This document shows positions 19,847-28,822 of a stretch of DNA of 64,000 nt, piece by piece. The notes beneath the pieces were generated by a model. It did not search any database. It was not told the origin of the DNA and worked only from the letters and a program-made list of their open reading frames with translations. This DNA comes from Chitinophaga pinensis (GTDB taxonomy: Bacteria > Bacteroidota > Bacteroidia > Palsa-965), in NCBI GenBank assembly GCA_943372645.1, contig CALRZN010000002.1:77192-141191 (forward strand), given 5' to 3'. Each line of letters opens with the position of its first letter. The stretch's first letter is position 1. Made by a program: the position numbers and the translations under genes.

Positions 19847-20179
19847 ATGAACACCGCATTAGTAACAACAACATTTACCATTGAAGGTTATTCCATTAAA
19901 AAACAGCTGGGCGTGGTGCGTGGCGTAACCGTACGTTCGCGCAGCATTTTCGGTAACATCGGCGCGGGATTCCAGGCGCTGGTGGGAGGTAACATTTCGC
20001 TTTATACCGAGCTTTGTGAAAAAGCGCGGCAGGAGGCCTTTTCGTTTATGCTTGGCCATGCACAGCAGATGGGCGCCAACGCCATTATCGGTATGCGTTA
20101 TGATGCGAACGAAGTAGGCAACGGCATTACCGAAGTGCTGGCGTACGGCACCGCCGTGTGGGTAGAACCAAACGCGTAA
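19847..20179 (+). CDS. ybjQ: YbjQ family protein (UPF0145)
   Basis: 110 aa. GVVRGVTVRSRSIFGNIGAGFQALVGG…ANAIIGMRYD is characteristic of the YbjQ/DUF74 family. Confidence 0.8.
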   Translation: MNTALVTTTFTIEGYSIKKQLGVVRGVTVRSRSIFGNIGAGFQALVGGNISLYTELCEKARQEAFSFMLGHAQQMGANAIIGMRYDANEVGNGITEVLAYGTAVWVEPNA

Positions 20180-20185
20180 CTATTT

Positions 20186-20677
20186 ATGAGTCCGGAAATA
20201 CGCACCGTTGCAGAAAAAAAACTGGCAGGCATGTACATCACCATGACCCTGGCCGAAAACCGTACAGCCGAATTGTGGCAACAGTTTATGCCCCGCCGCA
20301 ATGAAATCGTAACCGCGGTTACGGATGAACTGATTTCCATGCAGGTGTATGATGCAGCTGTGGCGCTGGCCGGTTACATGACCCCGCAAAGCGTGCATCA
20401 GCGGTGGGCCGCGAAAGAAGTAACTGATTTTACATCCGTGCCCGCCGGATTCGAAACGTTTGTGTTGCCGGAAGGATTGTATGCGGTGTTTACCTATCGC
20501 GGAACGCCGCAGCAGGCCGCCCCGTTTTTCAGGAAAATCTTTATGGAGTGGCTGCCCGCTTCGGGGTATGTGCTTGACAACCGCCCGCATTTTGAAGTGC
20601 TTGGTCCGAAATACAAACACAACGATCCGGAATCGGAAGAGGAGGTTTTTATTCCCGTGCGTTTGAAACAGGCGTGA
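20186..20677 (+). CDS. GyrI-like small-molecule-binding domain protein
   Basis: 163 aa. Matches the AraC-effector/GyrI-like pattern (…GLYAVFTYRGTPQQ…PHFEVLGPKY…). Confidence 0.65.
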   Translation: MSPEIRTVAEKKLAGMYITMTLAENRTAELWQQFMPRRNEIVTAVTDELISMQVYDAAVALAGYMTPQSVHQRWAAKEVTDFTSVPAGFETFVLPEGLYAVFTYRGTPQQAAPFFRKIFMEWLPASGYVLDNRPHFEVLGPKYKHNDPESEEEVFIPVRLKQA

Positions 20678-20725
20678 TTGCAAACAGCTGCGTAAGCTAT
20701 TTTTTATCTTTGAAAAAAAGAGCAA

Positions 20726-21241
20726 ATGAACTGGCGCAATCACCCCATACTGAAAGACAAATTTCACCGCGATTACCCGGACGATACGCAGGCGTTTCTC
20801 CATGAAGGTTTTCGTGCGGCTACTGTAAAACCCGAACTCGTCTGGATACGCATCACGGGCATGACCGGCGACCTGTTTACTGCCGAGCTGCTGAACCAGC
20901 CCATCAATCTGAAAAAATTTAACGCGGGCGAAAGCCATACGTTTCAGCTGAACGGCAGCGGAAAACTCATTTACGTTTCGCCGGAATACCAGGAAGAAAT
21001 AAAAGACTGGAAAATTTCGCCCTGCGAAAAATGTGCAAACGATGTGTTGTTCGATACGCCTTCAACCATCTGCCGCATTGCTTTCCCCGATCTGCCCGAA
21101 GGCTCGGTGATGCAGGTGTTCACCACCTTCTGCCCCATGTGCGGCAATGCGATGGCGGTGACGCAGCGGGCATTTGAGGAAAACGATGAAGAAACCGGCA
21201 AAACCGTTACCAGTAAAAAGTGGTATGAGTTCTGGAAATAA
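20726..21241 (+). CDS. Hypothetical protein with C-terminal CxxC…CxxC zinc-ribbon-like motif (possibly DUF2314-like)
   Basis: 171-aa ORF with CEKCAN…CPMCGN pairs. Confidence 0.5.
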   Translation: MNWRNHPILKDKFHRDYPDDTQAFLHEGFRAATVKPELVWIRITGMTGDLFTAELLNQPINLKKFNAGESHTFQLNGSGKLIYVSPEYQEEIKDWKISPCEKCANDVLFDTPSTICRIAFPDLPEGSVMQVFTTFCPMCGNAMAVTQRAFEENDEETGKTVTSKKWYEFWK

Positions 21242-21258
21242 TATAGCTATAAAAACAG

Positions 21259-21292
21259 GAAAGCCCGGATGAAAGTCCGGGCTTCTTTTTTG
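21259..21292. terminator. Bidirectional rho-independent terminator
   Basis: aagcccgga-tgaaag-tccgggctt followed by cttttttg, with an A-run upstream. Sits between convergent genes. Confidence 0.72.
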
Positions 21293-21308
21293 TTGTGCAA
21301 TCGCTGGC

Positions 21309-21989
21309 CTACTTCTTCAGGTTCTTCATGTACTTTTTAACGTACCGGTTCTTTTCTTTGGGAGGCAGGCGATCGAAATTTTCCACCGATCCGTTGATGT
21401 GCAGGAAATCGTTGGGTTTGCGCACCGGCGGTTGTTGTTTCACATTAAAGCCGCCCACAAACACGGAATAAAAAAACAACGCGCCGCCGCCGATCTGTTT
21501 CATGGTACCGAGCAGATCGGTGGTTTGCCACTCCTGCATCACTTTGCCGTTTTTTACGTTGCGTGTAAAAATGCCGTTTACATCCAGGTGTTTTTTATTC
21601 GCAGGTGCTCCCATAAATTTCCCGGTATTCACCACATGCGAAACAAAACGGATGGAAACAAAGTTGCCGTCAACAACGGGCTGTTCGAGCACCATTTCGA
21701 AATCGGAAAAGGCGGCGCGCATGTCCTGCATAAAACCGATGTACTGGTCTTTTGTAAAAACATAACCGTCGCCCGTATAGGTAAAATTGCTGTCGAGCAA
21801 CCCGTCCAGCGTAGCCCAGTCGCCCTGCAGAATGGCGCGGGAAACGGCCACGGCGGTGTTTTTGTTTTCGGAATAGCTGGAGGTGTCGGCCTGTGTGTGG
21901 GTGTCTTTCACCATTAACACGGCCGGTTTTTGCCCGAGGACTGCTGCGGTGTTTGCCATCATAAAAAGGATTAGTGTACCTGTTTTCAT
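21309..21989 (-). CDS. Secreted SnoaL-like/ester-cyclase (NTF2-like) protein
   Basis: Signal peptide MKTGTLILFMMANTAAVLG (internal Met of ORF 21309..22052). NTF2-like/ester cyclase pattern (…LDSNFTYTGDGY…FMQDMRAAFSDFEMV…). Confidence 0.6.
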   Translation of the reverse strand: MKTGTLILFMMANTAAVLGQKPAVLMVKDTHTQADTSSYSENKNTAVAVSRAILQGDWATLDGLLDSNFTYTGDGYVFTKDQYIGFMQDMRAAFSDFEMVLEQPVVDGNFVSIRFVSHVVNTGKFMGAPANKKHLDVNGIFTRNVKNGKVMQEWQTTDLLGTMKQIGGGALFFYSVFVGGFNVKQQPPVRKPNDFLHINGSVENFDRLPPKEKNRYVKKYMKNLKK

Positions 21990-22106
21990 TGTTGTTGATT
22001 TGTTCGCTGCAAAGGAGGAAACATTTGCAGCAGCGGCCAACATACTTACCAAAATGAAAGCACTGTTTTTTTGGTAAGTGCCTGCGCAGCGGTTAGTTTT
22101 GCAGGA

Positions 22107-22451
22107 ATGAAAACATATAAACTGAACGGCACCTTTTTTTACTGCCCGGTTGATTTAACGCTGAGTGTAATCGGCGGCCGCTGGCAGGGATTAATTATCT
22201 GGGCGCTCCGGACAGAACCGAAACGGTTTAATGCGCTCAAAAAAGAGCTGGTGGCCGTAAACGATAAAATGCTGTCGCAAACGCTGAAAACGCTGGTGGA
22301 GCAAGGCGTTGTTTCACGAACCGATTACAACAGCATGCCCCCGCACGTGGAGTACGCACTTACAAAAACCGGCAAAGAACTGCTCGGCGTTTTTGAACTG
22401 ATGGAAAAGTGGGGAACGAAAAACAGCGCGGAAACGAAAGAGCTGGTTTGA
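22107..22451 (+). CDS. HxlR-family winged-helix transcriptional regulator
   Basis: MKTYKLNGTFFYCPVDLTLSVIGGRWQGLIIWAL…HVEYALT matches HxlR/MarR-like wHTH. Divergent from the SnoaL-like gene. Confidence 0.8.
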   Translation: MKTYKLNGTFFYCPVDLTLSVIGGRWQGLIIWALRTEPKRFNALKKELVAVNDKMLSQTLKTLVEQGVVSRTDYNSMPPHVEYALTKTGKELLGVFELMEKWGTKNSAETKELV

Positions 22452-22535
22452 AAATTGCGTGTCATTATAAAAACAAAACCCGCCCCCAATTCCTTTCGGA
22501 ACCGGAAGCGGGTCGCTTTTATAATGCAGATTCGC

Positions 22536-23018
22536 TTACTCTTTAATGTAAACGTCCTGGTCTTTATCGTAGAAATAACTGTTCTTCTGGTTGGCCTGGA
22601 AGAACTTTTTCAGTTCAGCCGAAGTGGTGAATTTTTCGGTGATGTTTTCTGTAACCGGGCTCATGGTGCATTTTGAACCGCTGGTGCTGATTTCGATTTT
22701 GTAGAAATAGTACGTTTTGGTGGTTGAACCATCTTCATACACGTTCATGTAAACGGTGTTGTCAATTTTCGAAAGAAAGCCCATGTAGGTGGTAACATCG
22801 CCCGAGCTGGCGCTTTTCTTTTCGATTTTGTAGTGGTTCGCGTCCGTTTTGGTAACATCGTACGAGTAATCACTCGACGATTTTGATTCCCATTTGCCGA
22901 GCAGTTTCTCGTCAATTTTCACAGCCGGATCGTCAATTCCAACTTCTGCACTGTACGGACAGCCCATAAAAGCGATGCTGAACACAGCAAGCAGGGCAAA
23001 TAAGCGGATGTTTTTCAT
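22536..23018 (-). CDS. Hypothetical lipoprotein
   Basis: Lipobox AFMGC after an N-terminal signal. 160 aa. Confidence 0.5.
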   Translation of the reverse strand: MKNIRLFALLAVFSIAFMGCPYSAEVGIDDPAVKIDEKLLGKWESKSSSDYSYDVTKTDANHYKIEKKSASSGDVTTYMGFLSKIDNTVYMNVYEDGSTTKTYYFYKIEISTSGSKCTMSPVTENITEKFTTSAELKKFFQANQKNSYFYDKDQDVYIKE

Positions 23019-23186
23019 AAGGTGGTGTCTTTTTTCGTGTTATTTAACAAAGATAATGCCTTTTGGTGCAAACCGGCTGTTTTCAACTATCAATGGTTCA
23101 AAAATACGGCAAACGCCGTAGCCGGGCCGTGTTTATTCGGAGCAACTTCGTAGAATGGTGTATCCTGTAGTAAACAGGATCCCGCT

Positions 23187-24656
23187 ATGCGCATGAATCC
23201 ACTGAAGAAACTGGCCGGGCAAACGGCCATTTACGGACTGAGCACCATCCTGGGAAGGCTGCTCAACTATGCGCTGGTTCCGTTTTACACCTACATTTTC
23301 TCCGCCCCGGCCGATTACGGGGTGAATACGGAGTTCTACGCCTACATCTCGTTTCTGAACATTGTATTCACCTACGGCATGGAAACGGCGTTCTTCAATT
23401 TTGCCACGAAAGAAGAAAACAAAGGCAACGTATTTACCACGGCGTTCCGCTCCCTCACAGCCTCCTCGCTTATTCTTGCGGTGCCGTTTATTGTATTTGC
23501 CTGGCAGATTGCAGCAGGCCTGCGCCTCGAAAACCAGGCGATGTTTGTGATCTGGTGCATCCTCATTGTTTCTACCGATGCCATTGCCGCCATTCCCTTT
23601 GCGCGGCTGCGGCAGCAGAACAAGGCGAAGAAATTCGCAGTGATGAAACTGGTGAACATCTTTGTCAATATTTCGCTCAACGCGTTTTTCCTCGGGCTGT
23701 GTAAAAACGCCTACGAAAACGATCCGGGCAGCATGTTCGCCGCGTTCTACAATCCCGCCGTGGGCATCGGTTATGCATTTGTGGCCAACCTCATCGCCAA
23801 CATTGTTACGCTGATGCTGCTCGTTCCGGAAATGAAAGCAGAAACCGGTGTGTTCGATCACGCACTGTGGAAACGCATGATGGTGTATGCCCTGCCCCTG
23901 CTCATCGTGGGGCTGGCCGGTATGGTGAACGAAACGCTCGACCGCATTCTCATCAAATACCTGCAGAGCCCGGTGGTGGGCGAATACATGCAGGGTGTGT
24001 ATGGCGCGTGTTACAAGATTTCCATCCTCATGACCATTTTCATCCAGGCGTTCCGGTATTCGGCCGAACCGTTTTTCTTTTCGCGGCTGAAAGACGATGA
24101 CAACAAAAAGGTGTATGCCCGCGTGATGAAATATTTTGTGATTGCCTGTTCGCTCATCTTCCTGTTCACGGCGCACAACCTGTCGTGGATTCAATACATG
24201 ATCGGCGAAACCTACCGCGTGGGCATGCCCGTGGTGCCGGTGCTGCTGCTGGCCAATTTGTTTCTCGGCGTGTATTTTAACCTGTCCATCTGGTATAAAC
24301 TCACGGGCCGCACCATGTTCGGGGCGTGGATTACGTTGTTCGGTGCTGTGGTTACCATTGCGCTCAACTTCTGGTGGATACCGGTTTACGGTTTTATGGG
24401 TTCGGCCTGGGCCACGCTCATCTGTTATGCGGCCATGATGGTGGTTTCGTATATCCTTGGGCAACGCTATTACCCGGTGAAGTATGCGCTGCGACCCATA
24501 CTCACCTACCTCGGCATCGCGGTGTTACTTTATGTCGTGTCAACGTTTATTCACACGGGACATATTGTAGTGGATGTAATTCTTAAAAACGCATTGATTG
24601 TGCCGTACCTGCTGCTGCTGTGGAAAGTGGAAGTACCGGCGCTTCGCAAAAAATGA
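23187..24656 (+). CDS. Polysaccharide biosynthesis protein / oligosaccharide flippase (MOP superfamily)
   Basis: 489 aa, about 12-14 predicted TM helices. The MRMNPLKKLAGQTAIYGLSTILGRLLNY start is typical of Bacteroidetes Wzx/MurJ-like flippases. Confidence 0.78.
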   Translation: MRMNPLKKLAGQTAIYGLSTILGRLLNYALVPFYTYIFSAPADYGVNTEFYAYISFLNIVFTYGMETAFFNFATKEENKGNVFTTAFRSLTASSLILAVPFIVFAWQIAAGLRLENQAMFVIWCILIVSTDAIAAIPFARLRQQNKAKKFAVMKLVNIFVNISLNAFFLGLCKNAYENDPGSMFAAFYNPAVGIGYAFVANLIANIVTLMLLVPEMKAETGVFDHALWKRMMVYALPLLIVGLAGMVNETLDRILIKYLQSPVVGEYMQGVYGACYKISILMTIFIQAFRYSAEPFFFSRLKDDDNKKVYARVMKYFVIACSLIFLFTAHNLSWIQYMIGETYRVGMPVVPVLLLANLFLGVYFNLSIWYKLTGRTMFGAWITLFGAVVTIALNFWWIPVYGFMGSAWATLICYAAMMVVSYILGQRYYPVKYALRPILTYLGIAVLLYVVSTFIHTGHIVVDVILKNALIVPYLLLLWKVEVPALRKK

Positions 24657-24670
24657 AGTAATTTCGTACC

Positions 24671-25105
24671 ATGAACGTACGCATTATAAACAAATCGACC
24701 CACGAACTGCCCGCCTACGCCACCAGCGGGGCCGCAGGCATGGACATCCGCGCCAGCATCAGCGAGCCGGTAACACTGAAACCGTTAGAGCGGGCCATGG
24801 TGCCCACCGGGCTGTTTCTCGAAATTCCGGCGGGTTACGAAGCACAGGTGCGTCCGCGCAGCGGCCTTGCGGCCAAACACGGGGTTACGGTATTGAATAC
24901 GCCCGGAACCATTGACGCAGACTATCGCGGCGAAGTGAAAGTAATTCTCGTTAACCTGTCGAACGAACCGTTTACCATTAACGACGGCGAACGCATTGCC
25001 CAGCTGGTAATTGCAGCACACGCCACCGTTACCTGGGAAGAAACCAATGAACTGAGCGAAACCAGCCGCGGGGGCGGGGGATTCGGCCACACGGGAAAAA
25101 ATTAA
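24671..25105 (+). CDS. dut: dUTP diphosphatase
   Basis: 144 aa with [36 protein letters not shown] motifs. Confidence 0.95.
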   Translation: MNVRIINKSTHELPAYATSGAAGMDIRASISEPVTLKPLERAMVPTGLFLEIPAGYEAQVRPRSGLAAKHGVTVLNTPGTIDADYRGEVKVILVNLSNEPFTINDGERIAQLVIAAHATVTWEETNELSETSRGGGGFGHTGKN

Positions 25106-25136
25106 ACAAAGAAAATCACTCACGTAAAAAAGAAAT

Positions 25137-26147
25137 ATGCGAATTATTGTACCAATGGCGGGAATGGGAAAGCGGATGCGCCCGCACACACTCACCATCC
25201 CCAAACCGCTGCTGCCTGTTGCCGGAAAACCAATCGTGCAGCGCTTAGTGGAAGACATTGCCAAAGTGTGTAACGAACCGGTAGAAGAAGTGGCCTTCAT
25301 CATCGGGCCCACGTTTGGCAAAGACGTGGAGAAAATGCTTGTGGATGTAGCTGCCAGCATGGGCGCCAAAGGTTCCATCTGGTACCAGGAAGAAGCACTC
25401 GGCACCGCACACGCCATTATGTGTGCCGCCCCGGCCATTACCGGGAAAGTGGTGGTGGCCTTTGCCGACACGCTGTTCAAGGCCGATTTTAAAATGGATA
25501 CGGCTGCCGAAGGCATCATCTGGGTACAGAAAATTGACGATCCCCGCGCATTCGGGGTGGTGAAGTTGAACGACGAAGGACACATCACCGACTTCGTGGA
25601 AAAACCGCAGACGTTTGTTTCTGACCTGGCCATCATCGGCATTTATTATTTCCGCGACGGCGATTTTTTGAAAAGCGAACTGCAGTACCTGCTCGATAAC
25701 GACATCCGCGACAAAGGCGAGTACCAGCTCACCAATGCGCTGGAGAACATGAAAAACAAAGGCGTAAAATTTGCGCCGGGAAAAGTAACCGAGTGGCTCG
25801 ACTGCGGCAACAAAGACGCAACGGTGTATACCAACCAGCGCGTACTCGAATTTAACCGCGGCAATGCGGCGCTGGTGGGCAAACACCAGAACGAAAACAG
25901 TATTATTATTCCGCCCTGCTACATCGGCGACGGCGTAATTGTTAAAAATGCTGTAATCGGGCCCTACGTATCCCTCGGAAACAACACTGTAGTAGAGAAC
26001 TGCGTTATTGAAAACAGCATCGTGCAGACCAATACGAAGCTGAGCAATGCCGTAATAAGCAACGCCATGATCGGAAATTATGCTGCCTATTGTGGAAAAG
26101 CAGCTGATCTGAGCATCGGGGATTATAACACGATTCAAAGCAACTGA
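25137..26147 (+). CDS. Sugar-phosphate nucleotidyltransferase with C-terminal left-handed beta-helix (hexapeptide repeats)
   Basis: N-terminal MRIIVPMAGMGKRMRP…KPLLPVAGKP (NTP-transferase signature). C-terminal I/V-G-x-x-x-x hexapeptide repeats. Confidence 0.78.
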   Translation: MRIIVPMAGMGKRMRPHTLTIPKPLLPVAGKPIVQRLVEDIAKVCNEPVEEVAFIIGPTFGKDVEKMLVDVAASMGAKGSIWYQEEALGTAHAIMCAAPAITGKVVVAFADTLFKADFKMDTAAEGIIWVQKIDDPRAFGVVKLNDEGHITDFVEKPQTFVSDLAIIGIYYFRDGDFLKSELQYLLDNDIRDKGEYQLTNALENMKNKGVKFAPGKVTEWLDCGNKDATVYTNQRVLEFNRGNAALVGKHQNENSIIIPPCYIGDGVIVKNAVIGPYVSLGNNTVVENCVIENSIVQTNTKLSNAVISNAMIGNYAAYCGKAADLSIGDYNTIQSN

Positions 26148-26151
26148 TCAT

Positions 26152-27921
26152 TTGAAACATTTCCGGAACTGTACGTTTTTTGTGCTTCTCGCGCTGGGTG
26201 CCTGCAAAACAGGTGACAAAACCACGGGGCGGGAAAAAGAAGGCAATACTTCGGCTACGGCGCGCAGCGTTCCGAAAGTGGTTCCCGCTGAACAGCTCCA
26301 GCAGCAGGCCTGGTACATTGATGCCAGCCGCGAAAAAATGCTCGGCAACTACCCGGAAGCCATTGCGCTGTACGAAAAGTGCCTGCAGGCCGATCCGAAA
26401 AACTGGGCCGCGCATTACGAAATCGCCGGCATCTACTCCAAACGCGCACAGCAGGGCCTCGCGCTTCCGCACGCACAGGCAGCAGCAGAAGCCGATCCGA
26501 AAAACAGCTGGTACCAGCAACTGTATGCGCACGTGCTGCAGCAGAATTATAAATTCAACGAAGCCGTTACTGTTTTACAGAAGCTGAACAAAACGTTTCC
26601 CGACAAACCGGAATTCCTGGCCACGCTGGCCGAAGCCCAACTGTATGCCGAAAAACCAGACGACGCGCTGAAAACATACGAGGCGCTGGAAAAACTGACC
26701 GGCCCTACGGAAGGGTTATTGCTGCAGAAACTGAAAATTCTTGACCGCAAAGGCGACAAGGTGCGCACGGAAGAAACGTTGAATGCCCTCATCGCGCTGA
26801 ACCCAACCGAGCAACGTTATTACAACATGCTCGGCGATTATTACCAGCGCAATGGCAAACCCGAAAAAGCGGTGGACGTGTATAACCGCCTGCTGCTGGT
26901 TGATCCCGACAACGGTTTTGTACACCTGTCGCTTTCCGATTATTACCGGCAGCAGAAAGACGATGCGCGCGCCTTCAGCGAAATGGTGGCCGGTTTTGAA
27001 GAACCGGGCGTGGATGTGGATACGAAAGTGAAAATACTGCTTAACTATTATTACGCCATTGACAACCCGCAGCTGCCCGGCCGCGAAAATTTTGTGTTCG
27101 AATCCGATTCGTTGTGCCGTGTGCTGGTTCGCGTTCACCCGGACGAAGCGAAAGCCTTTGCAGTGTATGGTGATTTCCTGGCGCGGTTTAACAAACTCAC
27201 CGAATCGCGCGACATTTACCGCAAAGCACTTGATTTAGACAAAAGCCGTTTCGCGATCTGGAACGAGGTGCTGCTGCTCAATTCGCGGCTGAACGATGCC
27301 GAAACGCAACTGAAAGACGCACGCCAGGTCATTGAGCTGTTCCCCGATCAGCCAACGCCGTATTTCTTTTATGGAACTGCATTATCGCAGCAAAAAAACT
27401 ACCGTGATGCGGTGAGCAACCTCCAGACCGGGGCGGCGTTTGTGGTGGACAACAATCCGCTGCTGACGCAGTTTTATGCCGCGCTGGGCGAAGCATACAA
27501 CGGGCTGAAAGAGTTTCCGAAGTCGGATGATTATTTTACCCGTGCCCTGGCCCTTGATCCGGATAACGCGTATGTGCTGAATAATTACAGCTACTTCCTC
27601 AGTATCCGCAACGAGAAACTGGAACAGGCCGAAAAGATGGCCGCCAAAGCCACGCGCCTCGACCCGCTGAACCCGTCGAACATGGATACATACGGCTGGG
27701 TGTTTTACCGCCTCGGCAACTTTGATGCAGCGAAAGAGTGGATTGAAAAGGCCCTGGCCATTGATACCAAAAACGGCACGCTTTTCGAACACCTCGGCGA
27801 TGTCCTGTTCCGGCTCGGGGATACCGAAAAGGCCCTTGACAACTGGCGGAAAGCCAAATCGTACGGCGGCGGCTCGGAGCTGCTTGACAAAAAGATAAAT
27901 GAAAAAAAACTGTATGAGTAA
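26152..27921 (+). CDS. TPR-repeat lipoprotein
   Basis: Signal and lipobox LLALGAC. Multiple W-LG-Y…A…Y…AL…P 34-residue repeats. Confidence 0.72.
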   Translation: MKHFRNCTFFVLLALGACKTGDKTTGREKEGNTSATARSVPKVVPAEQLQQQAWYIDASREKMLGNYPEAIALYEKCLQADPKNWAAHYEIAGIYSKRAQQGLALPHAQAAAEADPKNSWYQQLYAHVLQQNYKFNEAVTVLQKLNKTFPDKPEFLATLAEAQLYAEKPDDALKTYEALEKLTGPTEGLLLQKLKILDRKGDKVRTEETLNALIALNPTEQRYYNMLGDYYQRNGKPEKAVDVYNRLLLVDPDNGFVHLSLSDYYRQQKDDARAFSEMVAGFEEPGVDVDTKVKILLNYYYAIDNPQLPGRENFVFESDSLCRVLVRVHPDEAKAFAVYGDFLARFNKLTESRDIYRKALDLDKSRFAIWNEVLLLNSRLNDAETQLKDARQVIELFPDQPTPYFFYGTALSQQKNYRDAVSNLQTGAAFVVDNNPLLTQFYAALGEAYNGLKEFPKSDDYFTRALALDPDNAYVLNNYSYFLSIRNEKLEQAEKMAAKATRLDPLNPSNMDTYGWVFYRLGNFDAAKEWIEKALAIDTKNGTLFEHLGDVLFRLGDTEKALDNWRKAKSYGGGSELLDKKINEKKLYE

Positions 27922-28822
27922 GTCGCACACGCAATACCCGCTGCGAATGCGCGTTTCTTTAGTTCCTGCGCTTTTGCTGCTCACTGTTTTGCTGGCAGCA
28001 GAATCATGCCGCTCGAAAAAACAGGTGGAAGGAACCACCGTGGTTACAACGCCTGACAACTGCGGGCTTGCAAATAAAAATGCACGCACATTGAGTGCTG
28101 AAATGAAACAAAAGGAGTTTTCCTTTACCTCGTTGTCGGCCAAACTCGACTGCGAAGCACACATGGACAGTTCGGAACAGAAGTTCGACGTAAACCTCCG
28201 CATCAAACGCGACAGCATGATATGGCTGAACATTACCGACCCGGTGCTGGGCATTCGCGTGGCGCGTGCCATCATAACACCCGACTCGGTAAAGTTTGTG
28301 AACTTTTTCAGCAACCCGAATAAATGTTTCCAGGGCGATTTTGCCTACATCAGCAAGATGCTGAACACCGACCTTGACTACGACATCATCCAGGCAATAC
28401 TGGTGGGCAACAGCGTTGCGTTTTACGAAGAAGATGAAAAACTGCATGCGTCTGTTGACCAGGCAAAATGCAATTACATATTGAGTACGGTGCGTAAACG
28501 CCGGCTGCGGAAAACGATGGAAGGACAGCGTGAACCGAAAGAGCCGCTGCAGAACATTACCATTGATCCGAAAAGCATGAAGATTATGGAAGTGCTTTTC
28601 CGCGATTTTGAAAACAACCGGAATTTTAATGCGCTTTATTCGGAATTTGAGCCGGTTGATTCGGTGGCTTTTCCGCACAAAGCGGTGTTCACCATTTCCG
28701 ATGCCGCCAAAAAAGGATCTATTGATGTGAAGTATGGTAAAGTAACCACGAATAAACAGTTAACATTTCCATTCTCGATTCCCGATGACTGTGAGCCCAT
28801 TCAGTTTCGCCAGAAAAACTAA
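27899..28822 (+). CDS. DUF4292-like lipoprotein (outer-membrane lipoprotein)
   Basis: Lipobox LLAAESC. In Bacteroidota the TPR protein / DUF4292 / M23 peptidase gene order is conserved. Start choice is uncertain (alternative Met at 27947). Confidence 0.55.
   Translation: MKKNCMSKSHTQYPLRMRVSLVPALLLLTVLLAAESCRSKKQVEGTTVVTTPDNCGLANKNARTLSAEMKQKEFSFTSLSAKLDCEAHMDSSEQKFDVNLRIKRDSMIWLNITDPVLGIRVARAIITPDSVKFVNFFSNPNKCFQGDFAYISKMLNTDLDYDIIQAILVGNSVAFYEEDEKLHASVDQAKCNYILSTVRKRRLRKTMEGQREPKEPLQNITIDPKSMKIMEVLFRDFENNRNFNALYSEFEPVDSVAFPHKAVFTISDAAKKGSIDVKYGKVTTNKQLTFPFSIPDDCEPIQFRQKN

Noticed and set aside
20180-20938. 252-aa minus-strand ORF spanning two plus-strand genes
   Set aside because: It overlaps both the GyrI-like and the hypothetical Zn-ribbon genes on the opposite strand. 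It crosses an intergenic gap with no start context and is not conserved-looking.
23133-24464. 443-aa ORF on the minus strand
   Set aside because: It lies entirely antisense to the well-supported flippase gene (23187..24656). It is His/Arg/Gly-rich with low-complexity composition and no motifs, so it is a shadow ORF.
25245-26138. 297-aa minus-strand ORF
   Set aside because: Antisense to the nucleotidyltransferase/LbH gene. Reverse-reading hexapeptide repeats give spurious open frames.
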